A DNA stretch of 64,000 bases from Fimicolochytrium jonesii. Its lineage: Eukaryota. Below, piece after piece: positions 42,871 to 53,207 of the stretch. Under the pieces are notes generated by a model. The model was not told the DNA's origin. It searched no databases and saw only the letters and a program-made list of their open reading frames with translations. The first letter of the stretch is position 1; every line of letters starts with the position of its first letter. Where the stretch lies: positions 372,001 through 436,000 of the forward strand of contig NW_026515684.1 in NCBI RefSeq assembly GCF_025526975.1, in the 5' to 3' direction. Position numbers and translations under genes: made by a program.

Positions 42871-43927
42871 ATGACCTCACCACAACCGACCCTCGTCTTC
42901 CTCGACATCCGCATAGGCGACCCTTCAGCACAAGCAGCAGCGCTCGACGCGTACAGCCGCGCAACCGCTTTCATCGCCGCCAAAGGTGCGGCCCTGGGAG
43001 TGGATGGGAATGTAAAGCCGGAGGCGTTGGAGGATTGGCAGAGGGAGATGGTGTTGGAGGCTTACCAGGCGGATCCGGTGTGGAGGGCTAAGGTAGGGAC
43101 TGGGGGGGACTGAGAGGGTCGGGAGGGTCGGGAGGGCGAGACCATGGCGCCGGACGAGCAAGGGTGCTTGAGGGATGCGACGGACAATGTGGCCCGTTGC
43201 GCCTGGGAAAAAGCCGCATAAGCGGCGCCCGCAGCAGCGAGGCTCATTTTCGCCCAAGAATGCTGCCAATGTTCCTCCTCTTCCTCTCGTCGCGTGCGAA
43301 GCGAAGTAGCATGTCGTTTCATCGTGGGTCTTCGATACTCACCTTACATCTCCCTTGACGCAGGGTCCAATATCGGTAACACCACCGCCATCCCTCCCCG
43401 GCGGCCGTCTCCACATCCGTCTGCACACTACCACCGCCCCGAAAACCACCCTCAACTTCTCCACCCTCTGCACCGGCTCCAAAGGTCTCTCCAAATCCAC
43501 GAAGAAGCCCCTCCACTTCCTCAACACGCCCATCCACCGTCTCATCCCCTCCCACATTGCTCAGGGCGGTGACATTACCCGCCACGACGGCAGCGGCGGG
43601 GACAGTATTTACTCCGGCACGTTCAACGACGAGAAGGACGGCTTGAAAGCCAAGTTCACACAACCTTTTGATGGATTGCCGGACCCGGTGAAGACGGGCG
43701 GGGTGTTCGCGATGGCGAACTCGGGGAAGAATAGCAATACGTCACAGTGGTTTGTGACGTTACCCGGAGCCGATACGAAGAGGATAGAGAAGATGAATGG
43801 GAAGTATGTGGTTTTTGGACATGTTGTGCAGGGATCGGAGGTTTTGCAGGTGCTGAATGCGGTGCGGGTTGAGGGGGAGACACCGAAGGAGAGGATTGAG
43901 GTTGTGGATTGCGGGGTACTCGAGTAA
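42871..43927 (+). CDS. Cyclophilin-type peptidyl-prolyl isomerase with an N-terminal insertion
   Basis: VFLDIRIGD..GRL..APKTTLNFSTLCTG, HRLIPSHIAQGGDITRHDGSGGDSIY, FAMANSGKNSNTSQWFVT, GKYVVFGHVV. Intron 43093-43363. Confidence 0.93.
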
Positions 43928-44381
43928 GATAGATTTACAGCGGAAATATGCAAATATGAGATCAGGACGTACAACATGAACGGATTCTGAAGGCAAATAG
44001 AGTTTTTGGTTGAAGTCTAAACAGGCGCACATCGTCTGTTGTGTTCTGTGTGGGCTGCTTGCTATTAAAAAAAAATACTACATCTAATATATGATACATG
44101 CCCCACACTGACTCCTATCTGCTACTAAAGCGCAAGGATAGAATGTGCGTGGATGTGCTCCGCGAAGAGGGTATGATAGTGCTCAATGCTATGCTCAATG
44201 CGAAGTGCTGAATGCTATGATATGCGCCGACGCGGAGATCCCGGACCCTGCGGTCGGCGTCTTCATTCGTGATCAGTTCCAACGGCGAGCCGGACCGGTC
44301 GTCGGCGTTAAACAGAGGCAGTATAGTCGGAACCGTCCAGCCAGTACGCAGAGCAGCATTATGCCCTCATGCCGCCGAACC

Positions 44382-46448
44382 TCACGACCTCCCAACAAGC
44401 GCGTCCAAGTCTGCCGCCGTCAAGTCCATATCCACCAGTCCAGGTATACCGCCAATTCCCATCCCTATGTCCATATTGATTTCCGGCGGAGCAGCGTTTT
44501 CGGGGGTGTACATGGCGAGGAACTCAGGCTTTTGATGAGAGACAATTTTTAGGGACTGATGATGTGCAAGCGCAAAATATACCCAAGCAAAAACACGAAC
44601 CTTAGAATAATCCAAGTCAGCCCCGTAAACATACGTCTGCTCATGCAACGCCCATGCGCCACGGCGTTTACCATACCCCACTGGCGTCGCCCGTTCGTCC
44701 CCTGCCCCTTCTGCAGTTATATCTGCCGGATCGGACGTCGGTGTCTCATCCCCCGTGACGATCTCGGCGACGATATCGTAAGAACGGGACATGTTGACGG
44801 TGAGACGCATCCACCCTTTGACCGTTTCAAAGGCGTTGACTGCTAGTGGTTCTGTAGGGGAAAGGGAGGCGACAGGTTGGGAGTTAGGATTTGTTGTCGA
44901 AAACGAACGGGTGCGCGGTCTACGAACCTTTCAGTAAGAACCGAACCTGTTGCCAATGCGTGCGTTCCGCGTAAGGCCCGGTGTTGAGTATCATGCCGCC
45001 GAGGTTGATGTCAAACCATCCAGCGATCCCATGTATGAGGGCTGTGCCGAGCAACAAACGAAGATTAGACACTCCCGCATGGGAATTGCGCGGAATGGAA
45101 AAAAGGCCTCACCGGTGAACGGCACCTTCCACGTGAAAGGGATGACGATATTCTGCAGCTCGGCTATCGTTATCGTCATGAAGTCCACTGCCACACATTT
45201 GCGGAGAAAAAAAATACATAAGCTTCCCGGGGTGCAAAAGGGTGGGCGCGTGAGCTTGCAACGGAGAACTATAAGGACTTACCGAAATGCGAAACAGGTT
45301 GAGCAAGCAGGATGCGAGAGTCGAAGCAGCCGACTACCGGCTGTCCAAAAACCTCGTCACGGGCGTCCTGGGCTAATGGGCTGAAATCCACGCCGTAGAA
45401 GTTCGACTAATGCGGAGAGAGGAGGCAAATGGACGGTCCACAAGTCAATGTGCTTGTACCAAAGCCGATCATGCCATCGGCATATCTTCACTCACCTGCT
45501 CCCAAAACCGCACTTTCGCCATCGTCTGCGTCCACAAATTTGCGTCCGTGAAAGGCGCCAGGTATATATTCCCATTCGACGGAATCATAGCCCCACCAGG
45601 TTTCAGAAACCGGTCTCTCGCAACGAGGTACGACTCGATCATGCGCTCATGCACGAGGAGCACTCCGATAGGTTCGCTGATTAATGTGTCGACTTTCGCT
45701 AAGTTGCAGTTCTCGATCTTGTCTGTTGTGTATATGTGTGTGGGTTGTTTTTGATTGGGATTGTGGTTTATGCGGATTCTCAATCTTTCGGTGTGACGGC
45801 CAACGAAAGGTTGGGGGACTCCTTTTCGCGTGTAAAACTGCACGAGACGCTTCACGTCCTCTGCATCTGCGTACCTGCAACGACTTCTATCCGGTCTTTT
45901 AGCCATGGATTGCGCCGGCTGGCGTTGTCGACCAATTTTTGGATTTTCTTCGACATATCGCTTGCTTCTACAGCGTAAACCTTCTGTGCGCCGGCCTGAC
46001 ATGCGAAGTACGACAAGATGCCTGACGACATTGGCCAGGTTAGGTTTTCCGAACTGGAATTTCCCACCCGCCCGGACTTTCCCACCGCTCATAAATCATG
46101 AGGGAACTCACCACTCCCAGCCCCAATGTCCATCACCAGCTTATCCTTGAACATCGTCGGCCCATTCCCCACTATTGCAGCATTGTACGCCGAAGTGCGG
46201 ACGGTATCCTGCAACATATTCTGCACAGGCATCTGTTAGAGTACCTTTTGCGGGTGTGGGGACCGTCTGGTTGTCCAATTCTTGCTGTACAGTCCCCCAT
46301 GAAAGTTACCAACCTGTTGGTGGACAAATTGCGCGTAGTACTGGAAGTAGGCTGGGTCGCGGGCGTCTGCCGATGGAACAACCGGTCTCGAGTCGGATTT
46401 TCCTCCCTCAGCTTCCATTTTGTTGAGAGCTTCGTCTTTGGATGCCAT
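44382..46448 (-). CDS. CARM1: CARM1/PRMT4-like protein arginine methyltransferase, spliced (3' end approximate)
   Basis: [99 protein letters not shown]. Confidence 0.88.
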
Positions 46449-47054
46449 TTCTATTTACGAAATATAATGTCAAAGGTCCGCCTTTTTTGTGGTCTGACCT
46501 TGCTACCCTCTAAGTTCAGCAGGTCAGCAAAGAAATAACGAAATTTCCCTTCGGGGGATGGCAGTAGCCTTACCTAAGTCCTGACCAGGGAGAAAGACGA
46601 GAAGAGCTTTCCTGCAGTATGCAGTATTTACTGTATGTATACGTGGAGGTCTATCAGCGGGCACTGGGCAGTCAACCAGAAGTGTTGCAAGGGTTGCAAG
46701 TTTTCTGCCGATTCGGTCGGTCTTGAACGCGTGAGCGAATCTCAAAATGACGGGCCAACTCCGCCCTCCCAGGCCCCCAGCGTGCGGGTGCTGCTTCAAC
46801 CTGCAATACAGTAAGGACCGGATGTACTGTACAGTATTGAAAAGTGAAGAAAACGTTACTTGATTACGTTCCAGAATCTCTCCCCACCCTGCTTCCCTCT
46901 CATAGACCGACCGGCGTAGACAGCGCGCCCCTGTTTCCGCTGTGGCCTGGGCTATTTGACGCAGACTCTGTTGCTTGGCTGGGCAGTATTGCAAGCAGAC
47001 CTCAGAGCCGAATAGATCTAAGGTTCAGAATCGTACAAAGAAGTAGTAGGGGTA

Positions 47055-47515
47055 GTGAAACGATCGGGCGGCCCCGTCGGCACCCGATCTCGCACTGCAG
47101 AAGCCACTACCGAAACCGAAGCCCCTACGGCACTCGATCCCTCACTCGATCCCGCACAGCAGATCTCACTGCAGAAGCGCACACGGCGCACACGGCACGC
47201 AGAGCCGCAGAGGAATACGAGGAGATCAGAGACCGGGAGAGACGCCCGGAGGCAGCAGAAGAAAGGATGGCGCCTGATGGCGCACGAAGAAAGGCTTCTC
47301 ACGCTGGAGAAGGCCACTCTCACGCTGGAGAGGCCAGGGAAGATCACAGAAGGATGATGGAAGATCAAAGAAGGATCATGGAAGTCATCATGAAGCAAAC
47401 TGCCCTGCGTCAGACCGCAGAGGAAAAAGAAGCGGAAGGGGCCGTCGTATCAAGAAGGATGGTATCGCCCACGCCCAGCACCGCTACGACCGTGATTCGT
47501 AGAACCAGCCGTTAA
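47055..47515 (+). pseudogene. Frameshifted coiled-coil coding relic, possibly transposon-derived
   Basis: Coiled-coil-like sequence alternates between frames (RRAAEEYEEIRDRERR / AHEERLLTLEKATLTLE / REDHRRMMEDQRRIMEVIMKQ). Confidence 0.35.
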
Positions 47516-48708
47516 AAGAGATTCCAAATACGACGGCGATATGGGAAAGCCGCAGTTACTTTACGAAATTATAAAGTAACTGGATGAAGATGTCGATCTG
47601 GATCCCTTCCGTTGCCGATTGTTGGGTGGTATTTCCGAGATGTGTGTCGTCGACCGATCCTGAGCGAGATGTGCGGTGTGATTCCTCGTCAGCTTCCTCC
47701 CGCAAGCTGCCATGGCGCATCCGTGCCAGCTACCCTCCTCTGAATAGCGAATGCTCGAACGAGAGGACTCGAGAGACTCTTTGATGCTTCAATGAACCAC
47801 ACAATGCCACCTGCCTGCGGTCTAATTTCGATTTTTGACACCCCCCCCCCCCCCCGCCCCCCCCGCCCCCCCAACTTCGCACTGTCAAAGCCCGTCATGC
47901 TGGCGTCACCATGCCATACCCCCTCCCGCCCGGTGTTCAGCGGAGGTAATACGTACCGCAAGAAACGAACTGCCATCACACGTGGATGATGGGTTGGGGT
48001 TAGGGTTACAGCCTTCCCGCGAACTTAGGGCCTTGCGCTCGAACTTACAGCCTCGCGCTCGGACTTTACATGCCTTCCGGGCGAACTGCAGCCTCGCACC
48101 TCCACAGCGACCAACTCGCCGACCATCTCGATGGCGATGGAGAAGGTACGTAACGAAGCTTGGCGCCTCCCTGGATGTCTCTGTCGACCCTGATGGGCTC
48201 CAGAGGTGCGCAAATGGAAGGCTAGTAGCAACCCAAACCGGTGGCGGCTCGTTAGAGCGACTTCCAGTAAATCCCCTTTCTGTTTTCAAAGACAGAAATC
48301 ACCATGGAGACCAGATTTCGACGTGCCTGTGTGGAGAACGATTGAAACTTAGTGGGTTTTCCCAACTTCGCCCACTCGATCGCCGGCGTGCGTTTCTGAT
48401 ATTCAAAGTTGACGCTCAAACTAACACGAGGGTCTCCAAGACTCAATCCAACCCGGCTCTTCCCGCAACTTCACGCGCGAGACGCGCGTTTTCAAGGGGT
48501 AAGCAACCAGACCCAAACCCAAACCATCAGCAACATACACACCGAGCCTTGGCTCTCATGCCCGCTTATGGCAGCGCTCGATTGCGCCATTTGCACATGT
48601 TCTCGCTGACAAACAGGGTGGGACAGGGTGGGACAGATTGCGGGTGGCACAGCCATGGAAAAAGACACCGCGCTGTCGTCGCCAGGTTCGGGCTGTCGTC
48701 GCCAGGTC

Positions 48709-48716
48709 TATAAAAA
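48709..48716 (+). promoter_or_regulatory. TATA box upstream of the divergent cyclin gene
   Basis: TATAAAAA, followed ~50 bp later by a likely 5'-UTR intron (GTAAGT at 48767 .. CACAG at 48858). Confidence 0.55.
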
Positions 48717-48974
48717 GGCAGGGCCCCCGGGCATCCCGTTTTGATTCCTCGCACTTTTGAAAGACAGTAAGTTTCCCTATACCTTCCCAACTAACGATCA
48801 TTATTACCAACCTGCTTCACCATACTCATCTCCTTCCATCCTTTCTATCAAATCACAGGAGTGCACGCCGTAGTCGTACTACAGGATATCAAGAGAAGCA
48901 AGCGAGCAAGAGACCGCCGTAAAAAGCCTATCAAGCGACCCAATTGCCAAACTGAAATATCCAAAACTGGCCCG

Positions 48975-50902
48975 ATGTTCCGAAACGCTGAATCGAGGGT
49001 TACTGTGGCTACTCAAGCGGCTCGTCTGCGAGAGGACACCATTGTTGACCGGACTGAAAGCAACTGGTTGGATAACGAGAGCAAACTCCGCATTATCGAC
49101 AATGTAAGTGGTCACACTCTTCCCTCTTCCGTGCCAGATGTCACGGCGTCATCCTCCTCCTCCCTCGTGCCCAAGGCGCGTTGATCCTTCCGACATTGGC
49201 TTCCTGACCTGTCTTCGTCGTGCCTATGGCGTGTCGACCTGACCTTCGTTGCCTTTGGCGCGTTGCGGACCTTTTGGATCATTGCCGCTCTGCTCTGTCC
49301 CCATGTCACGGCATTATTATCCTCTCTCGTGCCATTGGCGCGTCCGCTTCTCGTGCCCAAGGCGCGTTGATCCTTCGGACATTGGCTTCCTGACCTGACT
49401 TCCTCGTGCCTATGGCGTGTTGACCTTCGTTGCCTTTGGTGGCGCTCTGGTGTCTCTCTTGTCGTTGTCGTTGGTGGGTGGGTCTTTGATGTTCGACCTC
49501 AGACACCACTGAGGGGGGTTTCGGACAGGGTTTCGGACAGGGTTTCGGACAGGGTTTCGGACGCGTTTTTGCCTTTTGCCTCGACGCGTTTGTCTCCCTC
49601 CTCTCCTCCTTACTACTTACTACACTCTGACTTCGTTGTCCCTTATACATACTCACTGTCCTTTCCTTTCACCTCTCATTTGTTCAGATGCCGAGAATCG
49701 CCGATCGAGTGTGGAACGACGAATACTTGAACCTCATGGATATCGACAACATGGACGTCATACAGTGCCAAACCAACAGGGCCGAGCTCCGCGGAATACT
49801 GGAGAACTGGAACACCGACATGAAGAAAGAGGACCGGTATTTTGGAATTAATATGCCCGCCGTACCAAACAATGCTGCGTTAACCTTCCCACAGCGCACC
49901 TGGACCCACCGCTACGACGTAACGCCACTCACCCGAGCCAATATGATCGACCACATCCAACACATTCTTTCGAACTTCGCCGACCGGGACACATACCACT
50001 CCGCCATCGCTCTCTTGGACGACTTCATGAGGAAAACTTCCGCCGACTTCGACTTCGCCGACATCTCAATGATTCCCATCACCATCGCCTTCCTCGCCAC
50101 CAAGCTTCACCAATTGACAATCTTCAGGAAACGGGATTTCATGGTGGTTTCGTTTCCCGACCGACACGTCGGGCACGACTCCTATAGGTTTGCTTGCCAA
50201 CGAATTATTAACCTTGAACGTCGTATTATTTTGGATCTTTCCTGCCAGCTTCAAGTCCCAACCGCCTTCGACTTCCTCACTCGGTCTTTCCGCATCGTTC
50301 AACTCCTCAAGGATCGACACCACATCGGACGACAAGCATTCTTATCGGAAGCTTTCGACATGCTAGAGGTCGCCACCCTCTACGAAGATTCGCTCACATT
50401 CACCCCTTCCTCTCTCGCGGCCGCCATATTCGTCAAGACTCACCCGATCGCCGATCAATACTTCTACAACGGACTCGCCGACAACATCATTCGCCTCGCC
50501 ACTGGATACGACAAGGAAACCATTTTCGCCTCCCGCTGCTACGCATTCATCGACAAAGTGGAAGAAATCACCGAGCCTCTCAAGGAACGCACCGCCGACG
50601 TACGACATGATGAACACAAGCAGAGATATTGGAGCGGCCTACCGGGATTCGACGCTTGGGAAGAAATGGTAAAGTACTATGCCACGACTAATAATGACCA
50701 CTCGCCCTTCCCTCTCCCAGCTTTCGACATCGACTGGCACACGATTCGGATCACGACATTCAAGGATTACCGACAACAACAACAACAAGTCATTCCGCCA
50801 GCACCGCCAGCACCCAATCCACCAGCACCTCGTCGACGACAGCGACGAGTCTACGGTCCCAAATCGTGGGTCAGAGTCAATGGAAGGCTGGAGCGCATCT
50901 GA
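48975..50902 (+). CDS. Highly divergent cyclin (cyclin N and C folds); exons 48975-49103 and 49688-50902
   Basis: Cyclin-box-like TRANMIDHI..DTYHSAIALLDDFM..IAFLATKL..LERRIILDLSCQLQVPTAFDFL and second fold LEVATLYEDSLTFTPSSLAAA. A phase-0 GTAAGT..TTCAG intron (49104-49687) joins the upstream exon in frame. Confidence 0.82.
49139..49442. repeat. Imperfect direct duplication (~95-bp core, period ~185) inside the cyclin intron
   Basis: CTCGTGCCCAAGGCGCGTTGATCCTTC..CCTTCGTTGCCTTTGG occurs at ~49165 and ~49350. Confidence 0.9.
49516..49562. repeat. 12-bp tandem repeat (GGGTTTCGGACA) x~4
   Basis: Directly visible in the sequence. Confidence 0.95.
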
Positions 50903-51034
50903 AGTAAATACACTTCGCTTCGGATCGCTCTGGCCTTCCGCAAAGTTAAGTGACTTCTTTCATTGCCGTGGATCAGATTCCTTGGTCAGATTCGTTTCTC
51001 ACAAACCTATTTCTCCCTATTCCGTCAAGAGGGC

Positions 51035-51138
51035 CGATCCCTGTTTTCAAGTTCCCACTTCGATCCCTGCGCTCAAGTTCCGATTTCGATCCCCGTCTTC
51101 AAGTTCCGACTTCGATCCCCGTCTTCAAGTTCCCACTT
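51035..51138. repeat. 26-bp tandem repeat x4 downstream of the cyclin stop
   Basis: Units of CGATCCCyGTCTTCAAGTTCCsACTT start at 51035, 51061, 51087 and 51113. Confidence 0.95.
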
Positions 51139-51322
51139 CAAGTTATCTATCTATCTGCTACGTTGTCGTCATCGTCAAGATCGCAATTAAGGTGTGTTGA
51201 TCATACTGTTCTTGTTGCGCTGTGTCGAAACATCTAATGCTCACCGTTGACTTTCATCATTCAGAGCGAGATACAAACCCAAGGCGGTCAAAACAAGTTA
51301 GAACAAAAGAACGATACAACTG

Positions 51323-51491
51323 AGATGTAACCGATACGAGTACACTACTTAGAAAACTGCCATCAATGATACGAGAATCTGAAACACTCTTTGACTTGAA
51401 CGATGCAATTGTGATGTAACTGATACGAGTACACTACTTAGAATACTGCAATCAATGATATGAGAATATGTAAACAACTCTTTGACTTTGA
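51323..51491. repeat. ~89-bp tandem duplication
   Basis: GATGTAACyGATACGAGTACACTACTTAGAA..CTCTTTGACTT occurs twice. Confidence 0.92.
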
Positions 51492-52837
51492 AGTGTCTGT
51501 CCGTCTTTTGTGTTGCAAATTGGCCGTCTTCCTTGTCTTGTGGGGACCTTGTCTTGTGGCGACAAGCCTTCTGGTACGGACTTCGGTCTTTCGATGCGCT
51601 TCAACGGTCAACTCTCCTCCGAGTGTTCCGGCTTTTCGCCGAGTATTCTTGACCTTCTCCCTTGTTATTGAGAAGAAAGCTTTGCATTGGAACATAGAGC
51701 GTGGGCCGGGAGACGCAGGATGCGCATAACTGACACTAACCCAGCTTGGCGGTGCAACGGTAGGTGGGAGGTGTAATGTAATGCGTGTGCAGCCCACACT
51801 TACGATGCGAAGCAACAGTGCCTCCTTCGGGACGTCGTTTCTTCCATTTTGATGGCGACGGTACTATGGCGCAGGTGACCCCCTCGAGTTAGCTTCAGCC
51901 GCTTGTCGGTCAGTTGTTTCGCTAAGCTGCAGATCCTTCGACGGTGCGCCTTCAATGACGCACCAGGTCGGACGGAGTCCATGGTGCTAACGGTTCGGGC
52001 ATGGCTGCCCACCGGGTTCATAGTCGAAGGGGAGCGCAACTTGGGTGTAAAGAGCACGGATTAGAGTTTTTGCGTACGAGAGACCCGACGACGGGAGGTT
52101 GCTGGCGAGCGCAGACGGGGCGACCAGAGAAGCACTGACGAACCGAACCCTCGATCCGCCGTTGTGACTGTTTATCCATTGGTAACCATTTGCATTGGAT
52201 GCAGTTAGGGAGTCCAGATCAAAACGTTCCCTCATCCGTCAACCCGTCATCTCACCCCGGGGTACCCCGCCCTTAGCAAAAGCTCCCAACCGCCTGACAT
52301 TCCAGTTTGGGTGATGGCAGCGTCAGGCAGTTCCGTGCTCATGCAACATAGATGCAGCTGGCATGCGCTGCAACTACCTGCATCAAAAGAGTTGCTACGC
52401 CGGATATGCAACACCGGCTCTAAAAGGAAGCCCCCCTCGCAAATGGGTTCCTCCAGTATCCCGTCGACGGAGACCGAAGCGGCGGTTGATCCCAGCGGCG
52501 GTTTCAATTCCTTTCCGGATATATGAGAAGCGGGAAGTGCGGATGAGCTTGGAAGCATTGGCATTGGAGACCGGTGGACGGAGTTGAGTGTGGGTGTCTT
52601 TCGACAGCGCGTCTCCGACCACTCTCGCTGGTCATGCACTCCCCATACGCGCGAGTCCCGCGTCGAGCCGCCACTCTTGCTTGCAGGTAGCCGCTCTAGC
52701 TCGCTCCGAAAGCCTTGTTCATGTCGCCTTTTTTGTGGATTTCCAGCGACCAAAGATGCTTATGATCATCAGTCCATATAGAGTGCAGGGAGGGGGTTAA
52801 TGAAACTACGTGCTGATGGAAGCGCGCCGTGCTGCCC

Positions 52838-52994
52838 TGTCATGGGATTCGGGTTAGGGTCGGGATCAGGGTTAAGGGATAACCCTAACCCTAAGTTAGG
52901 GTTCCCATGACAGTGGGCATGTCATGGGATTAGGGTTAGGGTTACCCCAATCCCCTAATCCCTATCCCCTAACCACAACCCGAATCCCATGACA
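52838..52994. mobile_element. Tandem pair of telomere-repeat foldback elements (same family as 42610-42778)
   Basis: Units 52838-52912 and 52920-52994 each read TGTCATGGGA-(TTAGGG-like)n-(CCCTAA-like)n-TCCCATGACA. TGCCC flanks the pair on both sides (52833-52837, 52995-52999). Confidence 0.75.
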
Positions 52995-53207
52995 TGCCCA
53001 CTTTCGCAAAGCCGAGCATTACGCCTTCTATTGGCATGCAAGCAACGAAACGAAAACCAGAACTATGTGGAATAGAACCCTATCCGTCATGATTGAGGGT
53101 ACAGTGATTATGCCACGGTACAAAAACCACTTCACAAAACGAACTGAAGACAAACAAAAAGCATCCCAAAAATTTGCTCACAGAGCAGAACAGGCCGCAA
53201 AACATGA

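Noticed and set aside
51035..51138. 26-bp repeats as a CRISPR array
   Set aside because: The units are contiguous with no unique spacers, there are no cas genes and the context is eukaryotic.
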